Assembly: GCF_003991155.1 (NCBI RefSeq)
Contig: NZ_CP031293.1
Length of the DNA stretch: 64,000 nt
Reading direction: 5' to 3' (one strand)
Origin: Escherichia coli
Lineage (GTDB): Bacteria; Pseudomonadota; Gammaproteobacteria; Enterobacterales; Enterobacteriaceae
Every line of letters starts with the position of its first letter. Within the stretch, counting starts at the first letter, position 1. The notes under the pieces are model-generated. The model made no database searches, had not been told where the DNA came from, and worked only from the letters and a program-made list of their open reading frames with translations. The position numbers and the translations under genes were made by a program. Shown here in pieces: positions 17,235-32,828 of this stretch.

Positions 17235-19421
17235 ATGTCCGATCGTATCGATAGAGACGTGATTAACGCGCTAATTGCAGGCCATTTTGCGGATCCTTTT
17301 TCCGTACTGGGGATGCATAAAACCACCGCGGGACTGGAAGTCCGTGCCCTTTTACCCGACGCTACCGATGTGTGGGTGATTGAACCGAAAACCGGGCGCA
17401 AACTCGCAAAACTGGAGTGTCTCGACTCCCGTGGATTCTTTAGCGGTGTCATTCCGCGACGTAAGAATTTTTTCCGCTATCAACTGGCTGTTGTCTGGCA
17501 TGGTCAGCAAAACCTGATAGATGATCCTTACCGTTTTGGTCCGCTAATCCAGGAAATGGATGCCTGGCTATTATCTGAAGGTACTCACCTGCGCCCGTAT
17601 GAAACCTTAGGCGCGCATGCAGATACTATGGATGGCGTCACAGGTACGCGTTTTTCTGTCTGGGCTCCAAACGCCCGTCGGGTCTCGGTGGTTGGGCAAT
17701 TCAACTACTGGGACGGTCGCCGTCATCCGATGCGCCTGCGTAAAGAGAGCGGCATCTGGGAACTGTTTATCCCTGGGGCGCATAACGGTCAGCTCTATAA
17801 ATATGAGATGATTGATGCCAATGGCAACTTGCGTCTGAAGTCCGACCCTTATGCCTTCGAAGCGCAAATGCGCCCGGAAACCGCGTCTCTTATTTGCGGG
17901 CTGCCGGAAAAGGTTGTGCAGACTGAAGAGCGCAAAAAAGCGAATCAGTTTGATGCGCCAATCTCTATTTATGAAGTTCACCTGGGCTCCTGGCGTCGCC
18001 ACACCGACAACAATTTCTGGTTGAGCTACCGCGAGCTGGCCGATCAACTGGTGCCTTATGCTAAATGGATGGGCTTTACCCATCTCGAGCTACTGCCCAT
18101 TAACGAGCATCCCTTCGATGGCAGTTGGGGTTATCAGCCAACCGGCCTGTATGCACCGACCCGCCGTTTTGGTACCCGCGACGACTTCCGTTATTTCATT
18201 GATGCCGCACACGCAGCTGGTCTGAACGTGATTCTCGACTGGGTGCCAGGCCACTTCCCGACCGATGACTTTGCGCTTGCCGAATTTGATGGCACGAACT
18301 TGTATGAACACAGCGATCCGCGCGAAGGCTATCATCAGGACTGGAACACGCTGATCTACAACTATGGTCGCCGTGAAGTTAGTAACTTCCTTGTCGGTAA
18401 CGCGCTTTACTGGATCGAACGTTTTGGTATTGATGCGCTGCGCGTCGATGCGGTGGCGTCAATGATTTATCGCGACTACAGCCGTAAAGAGGGGGAGTGG
18501 ATCCCGAACGAATTTGGCGGGCGCGAGAATCTTGAAGCGATTGAATTCTTGCGTAATACCAACCGTATTCTTGGTGAGCAGGTTTCCGGTGCGGTGACAA
18601 TGGCGGAGGAGTCTACCGATTTCCCTGGCGTTTCTCGTCCGCAGGACATGGGCGGTCTGGGCTTCTGGTACAAGTGGAACCTCGGCTGGATGCATGACAC
18701 CCTGGACTACATGAAGCTCGACCCGGTTTATCGTCAGTATCATCACGATAAACTGACCTTCGGGATGCTCTACAACTACACTGAAAACTTCGTCCTGCCG
18801 TTGTCGCATGATGAAGTGGTCCACGGTAAAAAATCGATTCTCGATCGGATGCCGGGCGACGCATGGCAGAAATTCGCTAACCTGCGCGCCTACTACGGCT
18901 GGATGTGGGCATTCCCGGGCAAGAAATTGCTGTTCATGGGGAACGAATTTGCCCAGGGCCGCGAGTGGAACCATGACGCCAGCCTCGACTGGCATCTGTT
19001 GGAAGGCGGCGATAACTGGCACCACGGTGTCCAGCGTCTGGTGCGCGATCTGAACCTCACCTACCGCCACCATAAAGCAATGCATGAACTGGATTTTGAC
19101 CCGTACGGCTTTGAATGGCTGGTGGTGGATGACAAAGAACGCTCGGTGCTGATCTTTGTGCGTCGCGATAAAGAGGGTAACGAAATCATCGTTGCCAGTA
19201 ACTTTACTCCGGTGCCGCGTCATGATTATCGCTTCGGCATTAACCAGCCGGGCAAATGGCGTGAAATCCTCAATACCGATTCCATGCACTATCACGGCAG
19301 TAATGCCGGCAATGGCGGCACGGTACACAGCGATGAGATTGCCAGCCACGGTCGTCAGCATTCACTAAGCCTGACACTACCACCGCTGGCCACTATCTGG
19401 CTGGTTCGGGAGGCAGAATGA
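17235..19421 (+). CDS. glgB: 1,4-alpha-glucan branching enzyme
   Basis: 728-aa GH13 enzyme; first gene of the glgBXCAP cluster. Confidence 0.95.
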   Translation: MSDRIDRDVINALIAGHFADPFSVLGMHKTTAGLEVRALLPDATDVWVIEPKTGRKLAKLECLDSRGFFSGVIPRRKNFFRYQLAVVWHGQQNLIDDPYRFGPLIQEMDAWLLSEGTHLRPYETLGAHADTMDGVTGTRFSVWAPNARRVSVVGQFNYWDGRRHPMRLRKESGIWELFIPGAHNGQLYKYEMIDANGNLRLKSDPYAFEAQMRPETASLICGLPEKVVQTEERKKANQFDAPISIYEVHLGSWRRHTDNNFWLSYRELADQLVPYAKWMGFTHLELLPINEHPFDGSWGYQPTGLYAPTRRFGTRDDFRYFIDAAHAAGLNVILDWVPGHFPTDDFALAEFDGTNLYEHSDPREGYHQDWNTLIYNYGRREVSNFLVGNALYWIERFGIDALRVDAVASMIYRDYSRKEGEWIPNEFGGRENLEAIEFLRNTNRILGEQVSGAVTMAEESTDFPGVSRPQDMGGLGFWYKWNLGWMHDTLDYMKLDPVYRQYHHDKLTFGMLYNYTENFVLPLSHDEVVHGKKSILDRMPGDAWQKFANLRAYYGWMWAFPGKKLLFMGNEFAQGREWNHDASLDWHLLEGGDNWHHGVQRLVRDLNLTYRHHKAMHELDFDPYGFEWLVVDDKERSVLIFVRRDKEGNEIIVASNFTPVPRHDYRFGINQPGKWREILNTDSMHYHGSNAGNGGTVHSDEIASHGRQHSLSLTLPPLATIWLVREAE

Positions 19422-21391
19422 CACAACTCGCCATTGGCAAACCCGCACCCCTCGGCGCGCATTACGACGGTCAGGGCGTCAACTTCACACTTTTCTCCGC
19501 TCATGCCGAGCGGGTAGAACTGTGTATCTTTGACGCCAATGGCCAGGAACATCGCTATGACTTGCCAGGGCACAGTGGCGACATTTGGCACGGTTATCTG
19601 CCGGATGCGCGTCCGGGTTTGCGTTATGGTTATCGCGTTCATGGCCCCTGGCAACCCGCCGAGGGGCATCGCTTTAACCCGGCGAAGTTGTTGATTGATC
19701 CTTGCGCGCGGCAAATTGACGGGGAGTTTAAAGATAACCCGCTGCTGCACGCCGGTCATAATGAACCTGACTATCGCGACAACGCCGCCATTGCGCCGAA
19801 ATGCGTAGTGGTGGTTGATCACTATGACTGGGAAGATGATGCCCCGCCGCGCACGCCGTGGGGCAGCACCATCATTTATGAAGCCCATGTCAAAGGATTA
19901 ACGTACCTGCACCCGGAGATCCCGGTCGAGATCCGTGGCACTTATAAAGCCCTGGGGCATCCGGTGATGATCAACTATTTGAAACAGTTGGGCATTACCG
20001 CGCTGGAACTGCTGCCGGTGGCGCAGTTTGCCAGTGAACCACGTCTGCAACGCATGGGGCTAAGTAACTACTGGGGTTACAACCCGGTGGCGATGTTTGC
20101 GCTGCATCCGGCGTATGCCTGCTCCCCAGAAACGGCGCTGCATGAGTTTCGCGATGCAATCAAAGCACTGCATAAAGCGGGTATCGAAGTCATTCTTGAT
20201 ATCGTGCTCAACCATAGCGCGGAACTGGACCTCGACGGCCCGTTATTCTCTCTGCGTGGGATCGACAACCGTAGCTATTATTGGATAAGAGAAGACGGCG
20301 ATTATCACAACTGGACCGGTTGTGGCAACACGCTCAATTTGAGTCATCCGGCGGTAGTGGATTATGCCAGCGCTTGCCTGCGTTATTGGGTAGAAACCTG
20401 CCACGTCGATGGTTTCCGCTTTGATCTGGCGGCAGTCATGGGCCGTACGCCAGAGTTCCGTCAGGATGCGCCGTTGTTTACCGCTATCCAGAACTGCCCC
20501 GTGCTCTCACAGGTGAAGTTAATTGCTGAACCGTGGGATATTGCGCCTGGTGGTTATCAGGTGGGAAATTTCCCGCCACTGTTTGCTGAGTGGAACGATC
20601 ATTTCCGCGATGCTGCCCGTCGTTTCTGGCTGCATTATGATTTGCCTCTGGGGGCGTTTGCCGGGCGTTTTGCTGCCTCCAGCGATGTTTTTAAACGTAA
20701 TGGTCGTCTGCCGAGTGCCGCGATTAATCTCGTCACCGCGCATGACGGTTTTACGCTTCGCGACTGCGTTTGCTTCAACCATAAACACAATGAAGCAAAC
20801 GGAGAAGAAAATCGCGACGGGACCAACAACAATTACAGTAACAATCATGGTAAAGAAGGGTTAGGCGGTACTCTTGATCTGGTTGAACGGCGGCGCGACA
20901 GCATTCACGCCCTGTTAACAACGTTGTTGCTCTCCCAGGGTACGCCGATGTTACTGGCCGGTGACGAACATGGTCACAGCCAGCATGGCAATAACAATGC
21001 CTACTGTCAGGATAACCAATTAACCTGGTTGGACTGGTCGCAGGCAAGCAGTGGTTTAACCGCATTTACCGCCGCGTTAATCCATCTGCGCAAGCGCATT
21101 CCCGCTTTGATGGAGAATCGCTGGTGGGAAGAAGGCGACGGCAATGTCCGTTGGCTAAATCGATATGCTCAACCTTTAAGCACGGATGAGTGGCAAAACG
21201 GGCCGAAACAGCTGCAAATTCTGCTTTCGGATCGCTTTTTGATCGCAATTAACGCCACGCTTGAGGTAACAGAGATTGTTTTACCTGCTGGGGAGTGGCA
21301 CGCCATTCCCCCATTCGCTGGAGAGGATAACCCAGTGATTACGGCTGTCTGGCAGGGACCTGCACACGGATTGTGTGTGTTCCAGAGATGA
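19418..21391 (+). CDS. glgX: glycogen debranching enzyme
   Basis: 657-aa GH13 enzyme; its ATG overlaps the glgB stop (ATGA). Confidence 0.95.
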
Positions 21392-21408
21392 TAAAAAAGG
21401 AGTTAGTC

Positions 21409-22704
21409 ATGGTTAGTTTAGAGAAGAACGATCACTTAATGTTGGCGCGCCAGCTGCCATTGAAATCTGTTGCCCTGATACTGGCGGGAGGACGTGGTAC
21501 CCGCCTGAAGGATTTAACCAATAAGCGAGCAAAACCGGCCGTACACTTCGGCGGTAAGTTCCGCATTATCGACTTTGCGCTGTCTAACTGCATCAACTCC
21601 GGGATCCGTCGTATGGGCGTGATCACCCAGTACCAGTCCCACACTCTGGTGCAGCACATTCAGCGCGGCTGGTCATTCTTCAATGAAGAAATGAACGAGT
21701 TTGTCGATCTGCTGCCAGCACAGCAGAGAATGAAAGGGGAAAACTGGTATCGCGGCACCGCAGATGCAGTTACCCAAAACCTCGACATTATCCGCCGTTA
21801 TAAAGCGGAATACGTGGTGATCCTGGCGGGCGACCATATCTACAAGCAAGACTACTCGCGTATGCTTATCGACCACGTCGAAAAAGGCGCACGTTGCACC
21901 GTTGCTTGTATGCCAGTACCGATTGAAGAAGCCTCCGCATTTGGCGTTATGGCGGTTGATGAGAACGATAAAATTATCGAATTCGTTGAAAAACCAGCTA
22001 ACCCGCCGTCAATGCCGAACGATCCGAGCAAATCTCTGGCGAGTATGGGTATTTACGTCTTTGACGCCGACTATCTGTATGAACTGCTGGAAGAAGACGA
22101 TCGCGATGAGAACTCCAGCCACGACTTTGGCAAAGATTTGATTCCCAAGATCACCGAAGCCGGTCTGGCCTATGCGCACCCGTTCCCGCTCTCTTGCGTA
22201 CAATCCGACCCGGATGCCGAGCCGTACTGGCGCGATGTGGGTACGCTGGAAGCTTACTGGAAAGCGAACCTCGATCTGGCCTCTGTGGTGCCGGAACTGG
22301 ATATGTACGATCGCAATTGGCCAATTCGCACCTACAATGAATCATTACCGCCAGCGAAATTCGTGCAGGATCGCTCCGGTAGCCACGGGATGACCCTTAA
22401 CTCACTGGTATCCGGCGGTTGTGTGATCTCCGGTTCGGTGGTGGTGCAGTCCGTTCTGTTCTCGCGCGTTCGCGTGAATTCATTCTGCAACATTGATTCC
22501 GCCGTATTGTTACCGGAAGTATGGGTAGGTCGCTCGTGCCGTCTGCGCCGCTGCGTCATCGATCGTGCTTGTGTTATTCCGGAAGGCATGGTGATTGGTG
22601 AAAACGCAGAGGAAGATGCACGTCGTTTCTATCGTTCAGAAGAAGGCATCGTGCTGGTAACGCGCGAAATGCTACGGAAGTTAGGGCATAAACAGGAGCG
22701 ATAA
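21409..22704 (+). CDS. glgC: glucose-1-phosphate adenylyltransferase
   Basis: 431-aa product starting [33 protein letters not shown]; AAGGAG ribosome-binding site; the track's ORF from 21373 is an extension. Confidence 0.95.
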
Positions 22705-24137
22705 TGCAGGTTTTACATGTATGTTCAGAGATGTTCCCGCTGCTTAAAACCGGCGGTCTGGCTGATGTTATTGGGGCATTACCCGCAGCACAAATCGCAG
22801 ACGGCGTTGACGCTCGCGTACTGTTGCCTGCATTTCCCGATATTCGCCGTGGCGTGACCGATGCGCAGGTAGTATCCCGTCGTGATACCTTCGCCGGACA
22901 TATCACGCTGTTGTTCGGTCATTACAACGGGGTTGGCATTTACCTGATTGACGCGCCGCATCTCTATGATCGTCCGGGAAGCCCGTATCACGATACCAAC
23001 TTATTTGCCTATACCGACAACGTGTTGCGTTTTGCGCTGCTGGGGTGGGTTGGGGCAGAAATGGCCAGCGGGCTTGACCCATTCTGGCGTCCTGATGTGG
23101 TGCATGCGCACGACTGGCATGCAGGCCTTGCGCCTGCGTATCTGGCGGCGCGCGGGCGTCCGGCGAAGTCGGTGTTTACTGTGCACAACCTGGCCTATCA
23201 AGGCATGTTTTATGCACATCACATGAATGACATCCAATTGCCATGGTCATTCTTTAATATTCATGGGCTGGAATTCAACGGACAAATCTCTTTTCTGAAG
23301 GCCGGTCTGTACTATGCCGATCACATTACGGCAGTCAGCCCAACCTACGCTCGCGAGATCACCGAACCGCAGTTTGCCTACGGTATGGAAGGTCTGTTGC
23401 AACAGCGTCACCGTGAAGGGCGTCTTTCCGGCGTACTGAACGGCGTGGACGAGAAAATCTGGAGTCCAGAGACGGACTTACTGTTGGCCTCGCGTTACAC
23501 CCGCGATACGTTGGAAGATAAAGCGGAAAATAAGCGCCAGTTACAAATCGCAATGGGGCTTAAGGTTGACGATAAAGTGCCGCTTTTTGCAGTGGTGAGC
23601 CGTCTGACCAGCCAGAAAGGTCTCGACCTGGTGCTGGAAGCCTTACCGGGCCTTCTGGAGCAGGGCGGGCAGCTGGCGCTACTCGGCGCGGGCGATCCGG
23701 TGCTGCAGGAAGGTTTCCTTGCGGCGGCAGCGGAATACCCCGGCCAGGTGGGCGTTCAGATTGGCTATCACGAAGCATTTTCGCATCGCATTATGGGCGG
23801 CGCGGACGTCATTCTGGTGCCCAGCCGTTTTGAACCGTGCGGCTTAACGCAACTTTATGGATTGAAGTACGGTACGCTGCCGTTAGTGCGGCGCACCGGT
23901 GGGCTTGCTGATACGGTTTCTGACTGTTCTCTTGAGAACCTTGCAGATGGCGTCGCCAGTGGGTTTGTCTTTGAAGATAGTAATGCCTGGTCGCTATTAC
24001 GGGCTATTCGACGTGCTTTTGTACTGTGGTCCCGTCCTTCACTGTGGCGGTTTGTGCAACGTCAGGCTATGGCAATGGATTTTAGCTGGCAGGTCGCGGC
24101 GAAGTCGTACCGTGAGCTTTACTATCGCTTGAAATAG
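22704..24137 (+). CDS. glgA: glycogen synthase
   Basis: 477 aa, starting [22 protein letters not shown] (KTGGL motif); 1-nt overlap with the glgC stop. Confidence 0.95.
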
Positions 24138-26603
<2,466 letters not shown>

Positions 26604-26619
26604 GTTCGCTAAAAAACAG

Positions 26620-26648
26620 AACGGGGCCAAAAGGTCCCGTTTTTTTTC
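26620..26648 (+). terminator. glgP terminator
   Basis: Hairpin aacggggcc aaaa ggtcccgtt followed by a run of T. Confidence 0.7.
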
Positions 26649-26731
26649 GCCTTTATTTAGGAAAAGTGTCCAGAGGGGGCGAGGGTTATCGGGGAGTATA
26701 ATTTCGCCATTCAGCAAGAATGGAAAGAATA

Positions 26732-28237
26732 ATGCAAAACGGAAAATGGATTTTGACCTCGCTGGTAATGACTTTTTTTGGCATCCCCATACTGGCGCAA
26801 TTTTTGGCAGCGGTTGTTGCCATGCTGGGGGCCGGGCTTGCCGCTATTCTTGAGGTTTGCAATTTACTCTTTACGCCAACAATTTATCTTCTACTCAACG
26901 TCTTTATGCTGACGCTGGGGGCGATAATCATATTTTTCTCTGGTCGCGTGTGGACTGGTGATAGCGCACCAGAAAAAAGAGAAATAGCCGCCTGGCGACA
27001 ATGCTTTTTTCTCTTACCCGCGCTATTAACCCTGATTGGCTGGATAATCGCGCTACATCTGGCAGATTATCAACTTCGCCAGATGGGAGCCGGTTGGTTG
27101 GCAAACCTTATGCTTCCCTGGTTGGGCGTTTTTACAGTCTCATTCGTCGGTGGTGAGTACTGGTGGATAGTCATTATTCCCGTTGGCGCGCATATCAGTT
27201 TTTCACTGGGATACGGCTGGCCGACCAGACACCCTTTAACCGGCACCTCCGGTCTACGTTGCCGTAATTTACTTCTGTTCATTCTTCTCTTACTGGGTAT
27301 TGTCGCTGGTTATCAGGCTTATTTATATAAACAGCTTAATCCCGGCGTCGGTGTGCGTGAAAATATTGATACCTGGGCCTGGCGACCCGATAAACTTAAT
27401 AATCAACTGACGCCACTGCGTGGTAAACCACAAATTCAATTTACGCAAAACTGGCCGCGACTCGATGGCGCTACGGCGGCGTACCCCATTTATGCCTCTG
27501 CATTTTATGCATTAAGTGTAATACCAGAGGATTTTCACGTTTGGGATTATCTGGATAACTCTCGTACGCCAGAAGCATATAACAAAATCGTTAACGGTGA
27601 TGCCGATATTATTTTCGTGGCGCAACCTTCCGATGGGCAAAAAAAACGCGCTGAGAAATCGGGCGTCACTTTGCTGTACACGCCATTTGCCCGTGAAGCG
27701 TTTGTTTTCATCGTCAATGCGGATAATCCGGTTAATTCCCTGACTGAACAACAAGTGCGTGACATTTTTAGTGGCGAAATTACCAACTGGCGCACGGTTG
27801 GCGGTAAGGATCAGGAGATCCAGACCTGGCAACGCCCGGAAGACTCTGGCAGCCAGACAGTGATGCAATCACAGGTCATGAAAAATGTCCGCATGATCTC
27901 GCCGCAGGAAACCGAAGTGGCAAGCATGATGGAGGGAATGATTAAAGTCGTTGCCGAATACCGTAATACAAACAACGCAATAGGCTACACCTTCCGCTAT
28001 TACGCAACACAAATGAATGCCGATAAAAATATAAAACTGCTAGCGATTAACGGTATTGCACCGACTGCGGAAAATATTCGTAACGGCAAATATCCGTATA
28101 TCATCGATGCCTTTATGGTAACGCGGGAAAATACTACGTCAGAAACACAAAAACTGGTCGAATGGTTTTTAACGCCGCAGGGACAGAGTCTGGTGGAAGA
28201 TGTGGGCTATGTGCCGCTGTATCCAACAATGAAATAA
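26732..28237 (+). CDS. membrane-anchored PstS-like substrate-binding protein (N-terminal polytopic membrane domain fused to a C-terminal phosphate/oxyanion-binding-protein-like domain)
   Basis: About 200 aa of hydrophobic helices, then a binding-protein-like domain with an R-x-x-D-S-G-S-Q-T motif (QRPEDSGSQTVM) reminiscent of the PstS phosphate-binding loop; start taken at the ATG at 26732 (MQNGKW, GGAAAG upstream), though 26720 is also possible. K-12 has only a pseudogene remnant (yzgL) at this position, from memory. Confidence 0.65.
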   Translation: MQNGKWILTSLVMTFFGIPILAQFLAAVVAMLGAGLAAILEVCNLLFTPTIYLLLNVFMLTLGAIIIFFSGRVWTGDSAPEKREIAAWRQCFFLLPALLTLIGWIIALHLADYQLRQMGAGWLANLMLPWLGVFTVSFVGGEYWWIVIIPVGAHISFSLGYGWPTRHPLTGTSGLRCRNLLLFILLLLGIVAGYQAYLYKQLNPGVGVRENIDTWAWRPDKLNNQLTPLRGKPQIQFTQNWPRLDGATAAYPIYASAFYALSVIPEDFHVWDYLDNSRTPEAYNKIVNGDADIIFVAQPSDGQKKRAEKSGVTLLYTPFAREAFVFIVNADNPVNSLTEQQVRDIFSGEITNWRTVGGKDQEIQTWQRPEDSGSQTVMQSQVMKNVRMISPQETEVASMMEGMIKVVAEYRNTNNAIGYTFRYYATQMNADKNIKLLAINGIAPTAENIRNGKYPYIIDAFMVTRENTTSETQKLVEWFLTPQGQSLVEDVGYVPLYPTMK

Positions 28238-28262
28238 CGCTCGAGAGAAAGGAATCAGCGCA

Positions 28263-29255
28263 ATGAATAAATTCACCGGTGTTTTACTATTAGGTACGGC
28301 GCTACTGGCGGGATGTGTCGACCGGGAAGGGTACTATAACAGCGTCAGGGAAGAAGACAGCCATGGACTGACGTCTCTGCGGGGGCAACCTGAATTACGT
28401 TACAACGATGATTGGTCAAGATGGCCGAGAGTGTACGGCGCTACAGCCTTATACCCGCTGTATGCCTCCGCGTATTATGAATTAGTACCCGAGCCAAAAG
28501 ATAAGGATCGAACCTCGCTGGCCTGGCAGGCGTATGGTTTGCAACAAACCCGAACAGCTGAAGCCTACGATAGTCTGATTAAGGGTACCGCGACGGTTAT
28601 TTTTGTTGCACAACCGTCGGAAGGACAGAAAAAACGTGCAGAAGAAGCAGGTGTTAAACTCAAATATACCGCTTTCGCCCGCGAAGCCTTTGTCTTTATC
28701 GTTGATATCAAAAACCCGGTTAATTCACTTAGCGAACAGCAGGTCAAAGACATTTTTAGCGGTAAAGTGAGTCGCTGGAATAAAGTGGGCGGCGGTGACG
28801 AAAGTATAAAAGTCTGGCAGCGGCCAGAAGATTCTGGAAGCCAAACGGTTATGAAGGGACTGGTTATGCAAGATACTCCAATGCTGCCAGCCAAAAAATC
28901 CACTGTTATCGATCTTATGGGCGGTTTAATTACCGAAGTCGCCGACTACCAAAATACACCATCTTCTATTGGATACACCTTCTACTATTACGTCACACGT
29001 ATGAATGACAATATGCTCAAAATGCGCAAACAGATCAAACTGCTGGCTATAAATGGCGTTGCACCTACAGAGGAAAATATCCGTAACGGCACTTATCCGT
29101 ACATAATTCATGCTTATATGGTGACGCACGAAAACCCTACGCTGGAAACACAGAAATTCGTCGACTGGTTTTTAAGCCCGCAGGGACAGCAATTGGTAGA
29201 GGATGTGGGCTATGTGCCGATTTATGACGCATCATCCGAATCATCAGGACAATAA
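28263..29255 (+). CDS. PstS-like substrate-binding lipoprotein, paralog of the C-terminal domain of the upstream gene
   Basis: 330 aa; lipoprotein signal with lipobox (MNKFTGVLLLGTALLAGC); shares long near-identical blocks with the upstream protein (VIFVAQPSEGQKKRAEEAGV, QRPEDSGSQTVM, KLLAINGVAPTEENIRNGTYPYII, VEDVGYVPIY); AAGGAA ribosome-binding site. Confidence 0.7.
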   Translation: MNKFTGVLLLGTALLAGCVDREGYYNSVREEDSHGLTSLRGQPELRYNDDWSRWPRVYGATALYPLYASAYYELVPEPKDKDRTSLAWQAYGLQQTRTAEAYDSLIKGTATVIFVAQPSEGQKKRAEEAGVKLKYTAFAREAFVFIVDIKNPVNSLSEQQVKDIFSGKVSRWNKVGGGDESIKVWQRPEDSGSQTVMKGLVMQDTPMLPAKKSTVIDLMGGLITEVADYQNTPSSIGYTFYYYVTRMNDNMLKMRKQIKLLAINGVAPTEENIRNGTYPYIIHAYMVTHENPTLETQKFVDWFLSPQGQQLVEDVGYVPIYDASSESSGQ

Positions 29256-29257
29256 AG

Positions 29258-29863
29258 ATGAATAAAATCAGACTTTATATTCCTCCGTTAATTCTTGGTT
29301 TTGTTATTGTGCCGTTGTTGGTGTGGCCGACGGTGGTTGCGCTGGCTGCTTGTGTTATCACGCTGAGTTTTATGGGAGAAATACTGTTCTCTATCCCGCT
29401 CATGTTCAGGAGTATTTCACTTCTGGAATTCCAACTTGGGTTATTGGCTGAATATGCACTTTTTTTCTGTGCCATGTGTTGCGTTGGTTGGCAATTTTCT
29501 TGCAGAACTCAATCTGAACTGAAAAGCAGACTCCATTGTTGGTTGGTATTTGCACCAGTTTATTTCTGGTTGCTCCTGTGGAATATCATTTTCTATGTCG
29601 CGCCAGCGCAAATTGCTTTGCTGGAAAATATGCGCAATTTCTTTCTGACCATTGTCTGGTTACCCCTGAATTTTTTTCAATTTGGGTCTCAGCCGTGGAC
29701 TGACTTTATCGGTCCGATAAGCGCCCAGCTTGGTTTTGCATTGGGATATTATTGCCAGTGGCGTAGCAAAAATAGAAGTCAGAGGAAGAAGTGGGGCGAG
29801 TGGGTAACGTGCTTAAGTTTGGCGATTTTAGCTCAGGGGCCGTTATTCAATTATTTACAATGA
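29258..29863 (+). CDS. hypothetical polytopic membrane protein
   Basis: 201-aa ORF with about five hydrophobic segments, 2 bp after the lipoprotein gene (probable operon); no recognisable family from sequence alone. Confidence 0.5.
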   Translation: MNKIRLYIPPLILGFVIVPLLVWPTVVALAACVITLSFMGEILFSIPLMFRSISLLEFQLGLLAEYALFFCAMCCVGWQFSCRTQSELKSRLHCWLVFAPVYFWLLLWNIIFYVAPAQIALLENMRNFFLTIVWLPLNFFQFGSQPWTDFIGPISAQLGFALGYYCQWRSKNRSQRKKWGEWVTCLSLAILAQGPLFNYLQ

Positions 29864-29883
29864 ATAGTCTAAGAATCCAAATA

Positions 29884-29908
29884 GCCCGGTTGCACTTCAC
29901 AACCGGGC
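29884..29908. terminator. hairpin between the membrane-protein gene and the glpD 3' end
   Basis: Inverted repeat gcccggttg ... caaccgggc between convergent genes. Confidence 0.5.
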
Positions 29909-29915
29909 ATCATCC

Positions 29916-31421
29916 TTACGACGCCAGCGATAACCTCTGCTGCGTATACTCCACCAGCCACTGACTCACACGAGATTGTTGATCCGCATTCAGCCACATG
30001 CCTTGTTTTGTGCGACGCCACAGGGCATCGTCGGCGCGACGGACCCATTCGTGATCCACCAGGTATTTCAGTTCCGCTTCGTAGAACTCATGACCGAAAT
30101 CTTCCCCGAGGTCGCTTATCGCTCCCGCGTTGCCGAGCAGCAGTTCGCTGTTGCTGCCGTAAGTGCGCGCGTAGTGACGTGCCAGCGATTCGGTCAGGAA
30201 CGGGTAACGGCGGCGCAGGCGGGCGGCGTAATCGTCACGGTCGCCTTCAATGGCACCACCCGGCAGCACGCTCTCTTTCGTCCACGTCGGACCAATGCCC
30301 TGATAATATGGCGTCAGTTTTTCCAGCGCATGTTCTGCCAGTTTTCGGTAGGTGGTCAGCTTACCGCCGAATACCGACAGCAGCGGTGCTTTGCCGTTTT
30401 CATCATGGATATCAAGGGTGTAATCACGGGTAATAGCCTGCGGCGAGTCGGACTCATCATCACACAGCGGACGCACACCGGAATAGGTCCAGACGATATC
30501 GTCACGGCTAAGCTGTTTTTTAAAGTGCGCGTTATACACTTTCAGCAGGTAATTGATTTCACTCTCTTCAATCTTCACCGCTTTCGGATCGCCTTTGTAT
30601 TCCACATCGGTGGTGCCGATGATGGAAAACTCGTCCATCCACGGGATCACGAACACAATACGTTTATCTTCGTTTTGCAGAATGTAGGCTTGCTTCTGGG
30701 TATGCACGCGTGGCACCACAATATGGCTGCCTTTGATCAGGCGAATGCCATAAGGCGAAGGCAGATGCATCCCCTCGTCGAAGAACTGTTTCACCCACGG
30801 GCCGGTGGCGTTCACCAGGCCGCGCGCCTGCCAGGTGCATTTTTTGCCGGTATCGATATCTTCTGCTTCCACAATCCACAGGCCGTTTTCGCGGCGAGCA
30901 GAAGTGGCACGAGTACGAGTAAGCACTTCACCGCCTTTACGTACCACCATCTGGGCGTTGGCGAGTACCAGACGGGCGTCGTCTACCCAACAGTCAGAAT
31001 ATTCGAATCCGCGCTTAATTTCCGGTTTTAACACTGAGTTTGCGCCAAAACGCAAACCGGTTGATCCCGGCAGGCTGGTGCGTTTACCCAGATGATCGTA
31101 CATAAACAGACCAATGCGAATCATCCACGCCGGGCGCAGATGCGGACGATGTGGCAGGCGAAAACGCATCGGGAAGGCGATATGCGGAGCCATTTTCAGC
31201 AACACTTCACGTTCAGCCAGCGCCTCGCTGACCAGGCGGAATTCATAGTGCTCAAGGTAGCGCAGGCCACCGTGAATGAGTTTTGAACTGGCGGAAGAGG
31301 TCGCGCAAGCGAGATCCTGCGCCTCCAGCATCAGCACGGATAAACCGCGTCCAGCGGCGTCTGCCGCGATACCAGCACCATTGATGCCGCCACCTATCAC
31401 AATCAGATCTTTGGTTTCCAT
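29916..31421 (-). CDS. glpD: aerobic glycerol-3-phosphate dehydrogenase
   Basis: 501-aa product starting METKDLIVIGGGINGAGIAADAAGRG (FAD-binding GxGxxG); the track's ORF is 5 codons longer. Confidence 0.95.
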   Translation of the reverse strand: METKDLIVIGGGINGAGIAADAAGRGLSVLMLEAQDLACATSSASSKLIHGGLRYLEHYEFRLVSEALAEREVLLKMAPHIAFPMRFRLPHRPHLRPAWMIRIGLFMYDHLGKRTSLPGSTGLRFGANSVLKPEIKRGFEYSDCWVDDARLVLANAQMVVRKGGEVLTRTRATSARRENGLWIVEAEDIDTGKKCTWQARGLVNATGPWVKQFFDEGMHLPSPYGIRLIKGSHIVVPRVHTQKQAYILQNEDKRIVFVIPWMDEFSIIGTTDVEYKGDPKAVKIEESEINYLLKVYNAHFKKQLSRDDIVWTYSGVRPLCDDESDSPQAITRDYTLDIHDENGKAPLLSVFGGKLTTYRKLAEHALEKLTPYYQGIGPTWTKESVLPGGAIEGDRDDYAARLRRRYPFLTESLARHYARTYGSNSELLLGNAGAISDLGEDFGHEFYEAELKYLVDHEWVRRADDALWRRTKQGMWLNADQQSRVSQWLVEYTQQRLSLAS

Positions 31422-31454
31422 GCTGCCCTCATTCACTTTCGTTAAAGTTCATAA

Positions 31455-31472
31455 ATGTTCGTTATCGAACAT
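31455..31472. promoter_or_regulatory. GlpR operator in the glpD-glpE divergent control region
   Basis: Near-perfect palindrome atgttcgttatcgaacat matching the GlpR operator consensus, just upstream of glpD. Confidence 0.7.
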
Positions 31473-31532
31473 ATTAGCAAAGAATCGCGCTTTGGGTAAC
31501 ATTGAAAAAACATTTTAGAGTGATATGTATAA

Positions 31533-31937
<405 letters not shown>

Positions 31938-31969
31938 CGCTTTATACTGTCCCCTTTTGTGTGGAATAA

Positions 31970-32812
<843 letters not shown>

Positions 32813-32828
32813 TTCCAGGGATTTAGAA

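Noticed and set aside
18459-19361. 300-aa minus-strand ORF inside glgB
   Set aside because: Shadow ORF entirely antisense to a high-confidence gene; low-complexity, His/Val-rich translation with no recognisable domain.
29976-31031. 351-aa plus-strand ORF overlapping glpD
   Set aside because: Antisense to glpD, which has a clear FAD-binding N-terminus and full-length match; a high-GC shadow frame.
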